Below are positions 48,546 through 57,918 of a stretch of 64,000 bases of DNA, piece after piece; the first letter of the stretch is position 1, and every line of letters starts with the position of its first letter. The stretch comes from a bacterium (GTDB lineage: Bacteria; Bdellovibrionota_C; UBA2361; CALJRW01): contig JANNBC010000013.1 of assembly GCA_031385045.1 (NCBI GenBank), positions 42,880-106,879 of the forward strand. Reading direction: 5' to 3'. A program made the translations under genes and the position numbers. A model generated the notes under the pieces. It did not search any database and was not told where the DNA came from. It saw only the letters and a program-made list of their open reading frames with translations.

Positions 48546-48707
48546 AGTATCGACTCCTCTAAGTAAATTCTTTAGGCCTTAATATAGTACAAAAGAGACT
48601 CCTAAGATAGACAAAATAATCAGTAATATTAGCTAGTTATCTAAAATAATTATTTTCAGAAGCAGAATGCAAGGTATCTACGATAGGAAAATAAGAGTCT
48701 ATCTAAT

Positions 48708-48971
48708 TTGAAAATCATGAGTAATAATCTTCCTGAAACTACTGCTAATAAAACAATTCAATTCCCTGAAACACGTGCTGTGGAGACTGAAAATTCTCCC
48801 TTTGGTAACGTTCACTTTAATCGAGAAACACCTACAGCAACAAAAATTTTCACCTTACCGCAGCTTGATGGAGCAACGCAGGTAGAGAGAATTATTAACA
48901 ATGGTAGACCAGTAAATCGTGGGCCATTAAATCCACAAATACTCGCTTATCGATTACCAGAGGCGGCATAA
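48708..48971 (+). CDS. Small hypothetical protein
   Basis: 87-aa low-complexity ORF rich in P, T, E and N. Confidence 0.45.
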   Translation: MKIMSNNLPETTANKTIQFPETRAVETENSPFGNVHFNRETPTATKIFTLPQLDGATQVERIINNGRPVNRGPLNPQILAYRLPEAA

Positions 48972-48992
48972 GAATTTTTTTCAAAGCCAACA

Positions 48993-49370
48993 ATGAGCTC
49001 ATTAACTTTTCCAGAATTATTTGAAATAGAAATAGATGGATGGAGAAGGGGGATTGAGGCTAATCAAAAAAATATTACTTCGCACGATCTTCATAACGTA
49101 ATTAAAGAAATGGCTGTAGTCTTTGAAATTGCCATCCAACAAAATTATATCTTTAACTTAGTTGAAATTGCTAGTAACTACTCCAAAGCATCTCAAGGAA
49201 AAGTAAATCCAAAAGAGGTGGCCTTTTATGTATTAAGCACAATCCCTCATCCAAGTAAATTTACAGAAGAAAGCCAAAAAACACTTTCTGAAATCATCAA
49301 CATGGTAGATCTTAAGTTTGGTGGAGCTAAAGAAAGATTAGAAAAACGCTGGTCCCAAAAGAGTCTTTAA
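48993..49370 (+). CDS. Hypothetical protein
   Basis: 125-aa helical-looking ORF. Confidence 0.6.
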   Translation: MSSLTFPELFEIEIDGWRRGIEANQKNITSHDLHNVIKEMAVVFEIAIQQNYIFNLVEIASNYSKASQGKVNPKEVAFYVLSTIPHPSKFTEESQKTLSEIINMVDLKFGGAKERLEKRWSQKSL

Positions 49371-49855
49371 CTGGCATTATTTAGAACTCTTTTCTCTTGA
49401 AAGAATCTCTTAAGTAACTCGGCAGAACTATCTGCTAAGACCTCCGAAATAACTGTAATCTCTGGACCAAGTCGCGAATCTTGACTTAGATCATACAGAG
49501 ACCCACAGGCTCCTCTAGCTGGATCCATTAATCCAATAATTAAATTTGGAATTCGAGCGAGCTTAATCGCGCCCAGGCACATTGTGCAAGGCTCTAAGGT
49601 TACCGCTAAGATACATTCATTTAATCGCCAATCACCTAATTTTTGTGCCGCCATTTTTATAGCTAAGATTTCAGCATGCGCCGAAGAATCTTTACCAGTC
49701 TCAACGAGATTATGAGCTTCAGCAATAACTTCACCCTGATAATATATTACAGCGCCAACAGGCACTTCCCCTGCATCAGCCGCTTTTTCAGCCTCAAGAA
49801 GTGCTAACTCCATTAATTGAATACTAAGTGCCTCAGTAATACGTGATTTTAACAT
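49367..49855 (-). CDS. tadA: tRNA adenosine(34) deaminase
   Basis: GEVPVGAV, HAE, LEPCTMC zinc motifs. Confidence 0.93.
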   Translation of the reverse strand: MLKSRITEALSIQLMELALLEAEKAADAGEVPVGAVIYYQGEVIAEAHNLVETGKDSSAHAEILAIKMAAQKLGDWRLNECILAVTLEPCTMCLGAIKLARIPNLIIGLMDPARGACGSLYDLSQDSRLGPEITVISEVLADSSAELLKRFFQEKRVLNNAS

Positions 49856-49941
49856 AATCCCAAGAATCGCATAATTTCTAAAATTATTGTACTACTTATC
49901 TAGCAATCATTTAACGCAAGGATACAAGTTAAAGGTACTAT

Positions 49942-51126
49942 ATGAATAAAACTCATCACCAAATTATTATCGTCGGAGCTGGCATTGCCGGGCTTTGGAG
50001 TTTTAATGTTCTTAGAACAAAAGGGTACGATGTGATTCTTTTAGAAAAAGACACTATTGGTGGAGTACAGAGCATGGCATCACAAGGGATGATTCATGGT
50101 GGACAACGTTATGCTTTGCAAGGAGTTTTAAATAGTCACTCCGAATCAATTGCTGCGATGCCTGGCGTCTGGGATCAAGCATTAAAAGGAGAAATCACTC
50201 CCAATCTTAGCTCAGCAAAAATCCTAAGTTCTAAACAATACATGTGGTCACCAGGTGGATTAACTTCTAACGTAACTTCTTTCTTTGCATCCAAAGCAAT
50301 GAACTCTCGGGTTGATAGTCTAGATCGAGCTGATTGGCCAGAGATCTTCAAAGCTCATGCAAAATTTAAGGGTAAAATATACGAACTTGATGAAGTTGTA
50401 TTAGATATCCAAAGTGTAGCTTCCGCTTTAAGCAAAGATTACCTAGGACAAATTATTAAAATCGATCAACTGCAATTAAATGTTAAAAATGAAAAACTAG
50501 AATCAGTTATTATCACTCAAGGATCTGAGGATCTAGAATTAACTGCAGATCAGTTTATCTTTACAGCTGGGCTAGGCAACGAAGATATCGCCTCCCTACT
50601 TTGGCCCAATAAGAAAACAACTCAGCGTAGACCATTAAAACAAGTGTTAGTTGATGATGTAGAATTTCCACTTTATGCGCATTGCATTACTGTCGATCCA
50701 CGACCGAGAGTTACTGTATCAGCTCATCCCAAAACCAATGGTAAGTATACCTGGTATCTTGGTGGACTAGTTGCGGTTAAGCATATTACTGATAGTGACG
50801 AACAAGCAATTGATTTTGCTAAACAAGAATTAAAAACTCTTTTTCCATTTATCGATTGGGATAATAAGAAGTGGTCAACACTCCTGATTGATCGCGCCGA
50901 ACCTTATACTAGCAATGGCTTTCTGCCCGAAGGCCCAGCCATTATGGAAAAAGAAAATACGATGTTAGCTTGGCCAACGAAATTAACATTTGCGCCTGCA
51001 ATTACTAATAAATTATTAAATGTTTTAGATAAACAAAATTTACCAACTAAGGGTACCGTAGAAAAATTAAAACTAGCTTCACCAAAAATTGGAACTTACC
51101 CTTGGGAGTCAGCGACATGGCAATAG
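49942..51126 (+). CDS. FAD-dependent oxidoreductase (DAO/GlpA-like)
   Basis: IVGAGIAG, SQGMIHGG.RY, WPTKLT.AP. Confidence 0.85.
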   Translation: MNKTHHQIIIVGAGIAGLWSFNVLRTKGYDVILLEKDTIGGVQSMASQGMIHGGQRYALQGVLNSHSESIAAMPGVWDQALKGEITPNLSSAKILSSKQYMWSPGGLTSNVTSFFASKAMNSRVDSLDRADWPEIFKAHAKFKGKIYELDEVVLDIQSVASALSKDYLGQIIKIDQLQLNVKNEKLESVIITQGSEDLELTADQFIFTAGLGNEDIASLLWPNKKTTQRRPLKQVLVDDVEFPLYAHCITVDPRPRVTVSAHPKTNGKYTWYLGGLVAVKHITDSDEQAIDFAKQELKTLFPFIDWDNKKWSTLLIDRAEPYTSNGFLPEGPAIMEKENTMLAWPTKLTFAPAITNKLLNVLDKQNLPTKGTVEKLKLASPKIGTYPWESATWQ

Positions 51127-51923
51127 CGAAAAGAAAACTTGGTACTACAGGGATTGAGGTTTCAATTCTTAGCTGGGGGACGGTTAAGGTTGGCCGAAAC
51201 TTTATGGTCAAAAATAAAATTCCTGATGGCTTTGCTCTCCCAGATGATTCTACCGTCTTAGAGTTATTAGATATCTGTATCGAACATGGAATTAATTTGA
51301 TCGATCTGGCTCCAGCCTATGGCATTGCCGAGGAAAGAATAGGAAAATTGCTTGGCAAAAATCGCTCTAAGTTTATACTCTCTACAAAAGTCGGCGAAGA
51401 GTTTGATGGCCAGAATTCAACTTACAACTTTAGCAAAGAACATTTACTTTTTAGCATTGAAAGAAGCCTTCAGCGCTTACATACTGATTATCTAGATTGC
51501 ATATTATTACATCTTCCACGAAATGATTTGGATGTAATGAAAGAAAGCCAAGCCTTGCAGACGTTAGCTGAGCTAAAACAAAAAGGACTGATTAGATCTT
51601 TTGGAGCCTCGACGCATTCCATTGCTGGAGGAATCTTTGCCTTAGAAAATTCCGATCTGGCAATGATCCCATTTAACCCTGACTACCAAGAGCACTTACC
51701 AGTAATCAAAAAGGCTGAAGAACTTGGAAAATCAATTTCTATTAAGAAAGGTTTACTCTCTGGACATTTAGACCCAGCAAACTCTCAAAAAAGCTTAACA
51801 AACTGTTTTCAAGAAGCCTTACAATATCAAGGTGTCAAAAGCTTAGTTGCCGGCACAACTAATCCCAAACACCTCCTTGAGAATATTAAGATTGTAAGTG
51901 AGTTGCAGGAAAACTCCTATTAA
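51102..51923 (+). CDS. Aldo/keto reductase
   Basis: GINLIDLAPAYG.AEE, STKVGE, SLQRLHTDYLD...LH; likely start near MAIAKR. Confidence 0.9.
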   Translation: MGVSDMAIAKRKLGTTGIEVSILSWGTVKVGRNFMVKNKIPDGFALPDDSTVLELLDICIEHGINLIDLAPAYGIAEERIGKLLGKNRSKFILSTKVGEEFDGQNSTYNFSKEHLLFSIERSLQRLHTDYLDCILLHLPRNDLDVMKESQALQTLAELKQKGLIRSFGASTHSIAGGIFALENSDLAMIPFNPDYQEHLPVIKKAEELGKSISIKKGLLSGHLDPANSQKSLTNCFQEALQYQGVKSLVAGTTNPKHLLENIKIVSELQENSY

Positions 51924-51967
51924 TTAACATCTTGCCAGACAACGTAAATCAACTAGTAATAGACTAA

Positions 51968-52975
51968 ATGAAAGAAATAAAACTCCCCCCTTTTACTGTC
52001 GCTAATTGTGTCGTCATGAAATGGACGAACCCAATTTTTGCTCGAATGGGGATTTATAAAAAAGAATCCGAGTTTTACTATCAACAGTTTATTCCTTTTG
52101 CTAAGAAACATAACATTAGTATTATTCGTGCTGACTATCGCTGGTTTGATCGTAAAACAGATTTATTTACAAAAGCTTGGTATTTAGATCCTTTAATGGG
52201 CTGGCTTCGAGTTAGCGATATTAAAGTTGATATTATCCACGACTTGTCAGTCAACAAACCAAAGCTAATGCCCTACAAAAAATTCTTTGCCAAGAAAAAA
52301 ATGTTTGCAGCTAATCCCTTTGAACTTGAGATACTCTTAGTTGATAAATATAAAAACTATCAAAAATTCAAGCCTCTGTATCCCAAAACTTTTCTGATCA
52401 ATTCTGCTGACGAATTAAAAGCTAAAATTAAACAAATCCCCTCAGAGCAAGTTGTGATTAAGCCACGGGAAGGTAGCAGTGCTAAGAACGTTGAAATCAT
52501 GTCTAAAGCTGAGGCATTAAAATTAGAGATTCAGCCAAACTACCTACTACAAGAATTCATCAAGACCAAACATCCCGTCCAAGACTTTCGTGTGGTATAT
52601 GCCAACGGTGAAATTCTGCACTACTATACCCGAGTTGCCAGCAAAGGTAGTCTTTTCTCAAACTTCTCGCGCGGTGCAAAAATGACCATCTTGAAAAAAT
52701 CTCAAGTTCCAAGGGCAGTACATGAAGCATGGGAAATTGTTGAAAAAACTATTAGTGAGTACCCTTTCAGCATGTTAACTGCTGACTTCATGCTAGATGA
52801 GAATGGTCGTGCCTATATGATTGAGATGAACTCCAAACCTGGGAAGGTTCTTTATCGTCCAAATGGGGAAATGAAAGCATTTCAACAAATCATGGAAGCA
52901 ACAATTAAAAACTATCAAATAGTTTATCAAGAAAGAATAAATTTTCTTAATAAGAAAAAATCAAAAGTAAAATAG
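51968..52975 (+). CDS. RimK/YheCD-like ATP-grasp protein
   Basis: DKY, VIKPREGS, LLQEFI, DFRV, SNFSRG, IEMNSKPG. Confidence 0.8.
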   Translation: MKEIKLPPFTVANCVVMKWTNPIFARMGIYKKESEFYYQQFIPFAKKHNISIIRADYRWFDRKTDLFTKAWYLDPLMGWLRVSDIKVDIIHDLSVNKPKLMPYKKFFAKKKMFAANPFELEILLVDKYKNYQKFKPLYPKTFLINSADELKAKIKQIPSEQVVIKPREGSSAKNVEIMSKAEALKLEIQPNYLLQEFIKTKHPVQDFRVVYANGEILHYYTRVASKGSLFSNFSRGAKMTILKKSQVPRAVHEAWEIVEKTISEYPFSMLTADFMLDENGRAYMIEMNSKPGKVLYRPNGEMKAFQQIMEATIKNYQIVYQERINFLNKKKSKVK

Positions 52976-53018
52976 CTTTATCAAAAGTTAATAAATCAAT
53001 TTTTATCAGGAAACTAAG

Positions 53019-53819
53019 ATGGACTTTAATCAAGAATTTATCGTCGCTAAAAATATAGCACGTGAAGCAGGAAAACTTGCTGTTTCACTGAGACAAGGCT
53101 TACATCAAATAGTCGAGAAGAGTCCTAAAGACTTAGTCACCGAGGCTGATCTTGCTTGCGATCTGTTAATTAGAGAAGAAATACTGAAGCATTTTCCAAC
53201 TCATGGTTTAGTAACAGAGGAAGGCTTAGACTTTAACATTGATAGCCCTTTTCAATGGCATGTTGATCCAATTGATGGCACAGCAAACTATGCTTCTGGC
53301 TTACCGCTTTGGGGAGTTTCAATTGCGATGGAATACAAAGGCATATTACAATTAGGTGTTGTTGATTGCCCGATGATGAATCAATTCTTTTCAGCTCTTA
53401 GAGGACATGGGGCATTTTGCAATGAAGAAAAACTAGCTGTTAGTAAACATTCAGATTTAAAAACTGCCATGGTAATCAATAATGGCCTGAACCTAGGGAA
53501 AACTCTAGAAGCCCAAGCTGAATACAATAAAAAGTGGTTCGTGATGGTTGAAAAACTAATGCCAGAAGTAGGTCGTACTAGGAATTTTGGAGCCGCTGTA
53601 TGTGAAGCTGCTGCCGTAGCCCTAGGCCATGCCGCCGCCTATACGATTATGGGATACAATGCCTATGACATTGCTGCCATGGTGCTAATCGTAGAAGAAG
53701 CTGGTGGACGTTGTAGCAGTTTTGATGGCACACCATTTATGCTTAGAAATTCAACTAAACCTGGACTTATTAGCAATGGCTTAGTTCACGATCAACTTTT
53801 AAGCGTAATTAACTCTTAA
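53019..53819 (+). CDS. suhB: Inositol monophosphatase family protein (SuhB-like)
   Basis: DLVTEAD, EE, W.VDPIDGTANY, YDIAA..LIVEEAGG. Confidence 0.85.
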   Translation: MDFNQEFIVAKNIAREAGKLAVSLRQGLHQIVEKSPKDLVTEADLACDLLIREEILKHFPTHGLVTEEGLDFNIDSPFQWHVDPIDGTANYASGLPLWGVSIAMEYKGILQLGVVDCPMMNQFFSALRGHGAFCNEEKLAVSKHSDLKTAMVINNGLNLGKTLEAQAEYNKKWFVMVEKLMPEVGRTRNFGAAVCEAAAVALGHAAAYTIMGYNAYDIAAMVLIVEEAGGRCSSFDGTPFMLRNSTKPGLISNGLVHDQLLSVINS

Positions 53820-53922
53820 CAAATATCCAGTTTAGACAAATATTAGCTAGTATCAACTTATTAGTAATTAAATTACAATCAAGACGTCTTATTAGAAGGA
53901 TTTTAATATTTGGAGAAAATTT

Positions 53923-54165
53923 ATGTCAGCGTGCTGCAAAAGATTTAGCGGACTTTGTGTAATTTTAGCGATGGCTTCAATCATTGGCTCAATTGCTATT
54001 TGGTATTTAAGTAAAGGTGCAGATGCTGAAAGCATGGCCCATGCTGAAAGATTCGGAATTTTTGTAGGCCTTTGGGCTCCAACCTTCCTAGGACTAGCTA
54101 ATTATACTAAAAGCTCCTGTTGCTCCTGCTCTACAGAAAAGAAGACTGGCTGCTGTAAATCATAA
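53923..54165 (+). CDS. Small two-TM membrane protein with Cys-rich termini
   Basis: GGAG RBS; MSACC..., HAERFGIFVGLWAPTF, ...SCCSCSTEKKTGCCKS. Confidence 0.75.
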   Translation: MSACCKRFSGLCVILAMASIIGSIAIWYLSKGADAESMAHAERFGIFVGLWAPTFLGLANYTKSSCCSCSTEKKTGCCKS

Positions 54166-54184
54166 AGATTACACCTATGAGAAC

Positions 54185-54214
54185 AAACATCAGGAAATAA
54201 AACTCCTGATGTTT
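54185..54214. terminator. Bidirectional intrinsic terminator
   Basis: AAACATCAGGA-N8-TCCTGATGTTT between convergent genes. Confidence 0.75.
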
Positions 54215-54249
54215 TTATCCCTACTAGAAAATAAACATCTCAAAACTTT

Positions 54250-54765
54250 TTAATTTTTTACGCCAATCACACCGCAAGCAATTCGCGCCCCAGAGTTCCC
54301 AGTTGGCTGAGTTATGAAATCATCAGCATCAACATGAAGAATTAAACCGCGTCCAAGAATACTTTTTTCTCCAGTAAGTTCGATTTGTGGATCTACAAAA
54401 GTTATTTGAATATTTCCGTCCTTGTCCGCTACAAGATTCCCTAAATCTCCAACATGACGACTGGCATTCTCGCGATGAGAATGAGGATGCTCGCCAACAT
54501 TAAAATGACCCCCGGCAGATGTCCCATCAGGAGCAGAGCAATCACCAAATTGATGGATATGGAAACCATGCTCGCCCGGAGTTACACCAGCAATAGCAAT
54601 CTTAACCTCGACTCCCCCTGGAGCAATTTTTTTAAAATTGACTTGTCCAGTAATCTTATTACCAAGACCCTTTAGCTCAGAAACAGCTTCTGATGTTTCA
54701 GCCAAAACTGAGTTGCTAATTAGCAAAACTAATACCGGTATCAAAATGCGCATAATTTTCTCCAA
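54250..54765 (-). CDS. sodC: Periplasmic Cu/Zn superoxide dismutase
   Basis: Signal peptide, HGFHIH, SAGGHFN, RHVGDLGN, RIACGVI. Confidence 0.95.
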   Translation of the reverse strand: MEKIMRILIPVLVLLISNSVLAETSEAVSELKGLGNKITGQVNFKKIAPGGVEVKIAIAGVTPGEHGFHIHQFGDCSAPDGTSAGGHFNVGEHPHSHRENASRHVGDLGNLVADKDGNIQITFVDPQIELTGEKSILGRGLILHVDADDFITQPTGNSGARIACGVIGVKN

Positions 54766-54827
54766 ATAAATTTCTAGTCTAAATAGTCTAAGCCTTAAGT
54801 CCTAAATTGAACATAGCTAGTACTCAA

Positions 54828-55481
54828 TTAATTCTGAATCTTAGAGCCAAAAGCTAAATCTCCAACATCACCTAACCCAGGAACAATGTAAGAACTAGAA
54901 TTAAGCTCTGGGTCAACTGCCCCGACCCAAATTGTAAAATCAGGAAACCTCGCCTTAAGATTAGCTATCCCCTGCTCGGACGCAATGACTGCTGCAATAT
55001 GGGTTTGCTTTGGTTTTCCAATTTTAAAAACTTCTTCTAAGGAATCAATCAGTGAAGATCCCGTTGCCAACATTGGATCAGAGAGAATTAAGACACGATC
55101 CTCCAGCTTCGGACAGGACAGTGATTCTAATTTAATTTTAAACTTCAAATGATCTTCACTATAAACTCGATGAGAAGAAATGAATGCACTATCTGCTTGG
55201 TCAAAAAAATTTAACATCCCATGATAAAATGGTATTCCAGCACGCAAAATTGTGGCTAAGACTGGTTGCTCTTCTAGGCAGGAGCATGGGGCAATACCTA
55301 GTGGAGTCTTAATATCCTTTTTGCTAAAATTTAATCCTTGGCTAATCTCATAGGCAAAGATTGAGCCTAACCTTTCCAAGTTCTTTCGAAACCGCTGCCG
55401 ATCTCTTTGAATTTCAACATTTCGTAGTTCCGAAATATACTCAGTAATTAATGATGATTTTAAACTTAAATTTTTAATCAT
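54828..55481 (-). CDS. upp: Uracil phosphoribosyltransferase
   Basis: ILRAG, DPMLATG.S, YIVPGLGD.GD..FG. Confidence 0.95.
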   Translation of the reverse strand: MIKNLSLKSSLITEYISELRNVEIQRDRQRFRKNLERLGSIFAYEISQGLNFSKKDIKTPLGIAPCSCLEEQPVLATILRAGIPFYHGMLNFFDQADSAFISSHRVYSEDHLKFKIKLESLSCPKLEDRVLILSDPMLATGSSLIDSLEEVFKIGKPKQTHIAAVIASEQGIANLKARFPDFTIWVGAVDPELNSSSYIVPGLGDVGDLAFGSKIQN

Positions 55482-55583
55482 TTGCTATAACTTTAGATCA
55501 AATAAATGGATTGATTAAACCTACTATTCCATAAATAATACTCACAACCATAGAACCTTTCAATTACCTATTGTCTAAATAAA

Positions 55584-56368
55584 ATGCGCGGAGAGTCCCT
55601 ACCATTACGTCTTAGAACATACATGCTAGCTGCAACTATTACAGCCCATGCCTGCTATTCCACAGAAGGCTTCCGCCAGAGGGATTTAAAGTTTTATTTA
55701 GATTTATTTTTAGACTGGATGACTTCACCGTTTATTGATGGACTGGAGTCAATTCACAATACCCAAATCTTACGCTTTCTTAATTATTTAGAATCCGAAG
55801 GTAATATTAAAAAATCTACTCGTCAGAAACAACCTCGCTATAAGCTAACCCGCATTGGCTTAATTGATAGCCTCCGCCTACTAACAGAACAAAAACATCC
55901 TTATCATCATGAAGAGCTACTATTTATTTGCTACTTTATTGCAAACTATTCCGGTAAGATTACGGATCTAATTAAAGCTGAAGGTTTAGAGTTCCCTCCT
56001 GCGATGCAGCTAGAAATTACTCGCCTATTAAATTATCAATCTTTAGTTAAAAGACAAATTCAAAAACTAGAAAAGCATTTAGAAACACTAAAAAACAAAA
56101 TAATTGCTAATCAAAAAGCTGTCCTATTAACAGAGAAACTAATTAGAGAAAAAAAGATTACGATCAAATTACTGCAGTGTTAGAAAAGCAACACCCTTAC
56201 AATCTAAATAGTCAAAAGCCTTTAACAAAATTAATCGCTGAAATTCCAGTAGAACTTCGCCTCGCTGAACTAACAACAGGCTCCAAAAACAGAGAAAGTT
56301 TTATTTGGCAAAAGCAGTCAGAAAACTATACCAGCATGCTGAAGCAACTAAAATCATTACTGACATAA
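55584..56368 (+). CDS. Winged-helix (PadR-like) protein split by a -1 frameshift at an A7 run
   Basis: ORF1 has L..LE.EG.I...RYKLT..G (wHTH); the -1 frame continues DYDQITAVLEKQHPY... from A AAA AAG at 56150-56156. Confidence 0.6.
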
Positions 56369-56370
56369 AA

Positions 56371-56397
56371 AGCCCCCTTCCAAAAGTGAAGAGGGCT
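56371..56397. terminator. Probable terminator hairpin between convergent genes
   Basis: AGCCCCCTTC-N7-GAAGAGGGCT with one mismatch, preceded by an A-run. Confidence 0.55.
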
Positions 56398-56412
56398 AAA
56401 CTAGTAATTTGA

Positions 56413-57693
56413 TTACTTAGCCTTAAACATGCCAAGCACTTGCTTTACGCGATCAAGATTTTTTTCTAAATAAGAAGCAATCAAGATTGTCACAATTCCA
56501 GCAGCACCCATAAACATCCAAGGATTTAATTCATATAATCTAAGAACGAGATCCCAGTAAGTTAATAATAAGCAGACAAAGGTCGAAACAGTCACAAACA
56601 AAGAGAACTTATCTTTAACAGTCCAAGCATAAGTAGCTCCGATGATACTGAGTGCCAAGGCAAGAGAAGTATCAAGCAATCCTCCATTTATTGTTTGTTG
56701 TGAAATAACCATTACTACAAAGCAACAATTTGCCAATGTCCCGAAAAAGTCCTTACCATGAGTAAATCTTGTTTGTAAGTTAAAGCAGTAAATAATTGCT
56801 GGTAAATATGCTACATAAAAACGATAGTCAGCAAGAACTGTTTGGTCTAACTCTGTTACTAAAAGTACCCAAGCAATAATCGTACAGATAATTGCAACAA
56901 ATTTAGATCTTACAAAATATTCTGGCTTCAAATGACTTGTTACCAAACCAAAAATTAATGCTAAGGCAGCAAAAACTAAACTTAAGCTAATATTTCCTTC
57001 TGCATAAAGCACTAAATTTCTAAGTAAGATTATTAAAGCTGGAACAAATAGCATTAACCTCAGATATCCAGCCTCAATTGTTTGATAAGCCAAATTTTTC
57101 TGAAAGTATGCTCGCTCCTGCCAGATACAGATGCTTAGTACTATTCCAGCAAGAATAAGTGAAGATAAATTACCTCGAAATGGCAAGAGTAAAGTAAATA
57201 GTCCAACCAAATAGAACTTACTAAATGGCTTTTCGTTAAAATTACTGATGGTTTTGATTGCTAAAACAGTAAGTCCGGCAAACAAGATAATCCCCACACC
57301 AGCAATAATGATCTGAAAATTATTTTCAAAGCCATTATAAGCTAAATATTTGGGATAAATTTTTGTTAGATTAGCAACAGTTGCATAAATTACTGCCCCT
57401 ACCTGCAAGGCAATAACAGGAACCATTCCAATCCCTAAACTCATTCCAATTTTTGCACTCTTTAGTTCCTTAATTAATGATTTGCAAATTATTCCTAGCC
57501 CAAAAACAGCTAGTAGAAGGTATGCAAAATTTAGAATTCGACTTAACGGTGATTCAAAATCTAAGCTCTGAACTAAAAAAGTAATTGTTGCTAGTACCAA
57601 AGCTCCAGCACCGGCGATTCTTAACATTCCAGGCAGTTTAGAAAGCAAAGTTCCTCCCTCCTGAACCTCTAAATTATTATTTTCTTTATCCAT
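56413..57693 (-). CDS. Polytopic membrane protein of unknown function
   Basis: About 14 hydrophobic segments; GAGGG RBS. Confidence 0.7.
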   Translation of the reverse strand: MDKENNNLEVQEGGTLLSKLPGMLRIAGAGALVLATITFLVQSLDFESPLSRILNFAYLLLAVFGLGIICKSLIKELKSAKIGMSLGIGMVPVIALQVGAVIYATVANLTKIYPKYLAYNGFENNFQIIIAGVGIILFAGLTVLAIKTISNFNEKPFSKFYLVGLFTLLLPFRGNLSSLILAGIVLSICIWQERAYFQKNLAYQTIEAGYLRLMLFVPALIILLRNLVLYAEGNISLSLVFAALALIFGLVTSHLKPEYFVRSKFVAIICTIIAWVLLVTELDQTVLADYRFYVAYLPAIIYCFNLQTRFTHGKDFFGTLANCCFVVMVISQQTINGGLLDTSLALALSIIGATYAWTVKDKFSLFVTVSTFVCLLLTYWDLVLRLYELNPWMFMGAAGIVTILIASYLEKNLDRVKQVLGMFKAK

Positions 57694-57724
57694 AAATCCC
57701 TCATATTTTTAAAACCCCCAGCAT

Positions 57725-57746
57725 AAGTCTATCTGGAGATAGACTT
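57725..57746. promoter_or_regulatory. Perfect 22-bp palindrome upstream of the membrane-protein gene
   Basis: AAGTCTATCT-GG-AGATAGACTT. Confidence 0.45.
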
Positions 57747-57918
57747 TTGGGGATATATTGATTATGAGGTATTTAGAGCTACTAAGCTTAGATACTTTTG
57801 TTACAAAGTAACATTTTAAATGTGAACAACCAAAAATCCACATATAATATGGTTTTTTGATACTAATTAAACAACAAATATTTATTACGTTGTAACTTAT
57901 TGCTGCAGGCTGGCTGAA

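Noticed and set aside
48900..48971. RGPL near the C-terminus of a small ORF as another arrest motif
   Set aside because: Not RAPP or RGPP, and the ORF has no localisation signal.
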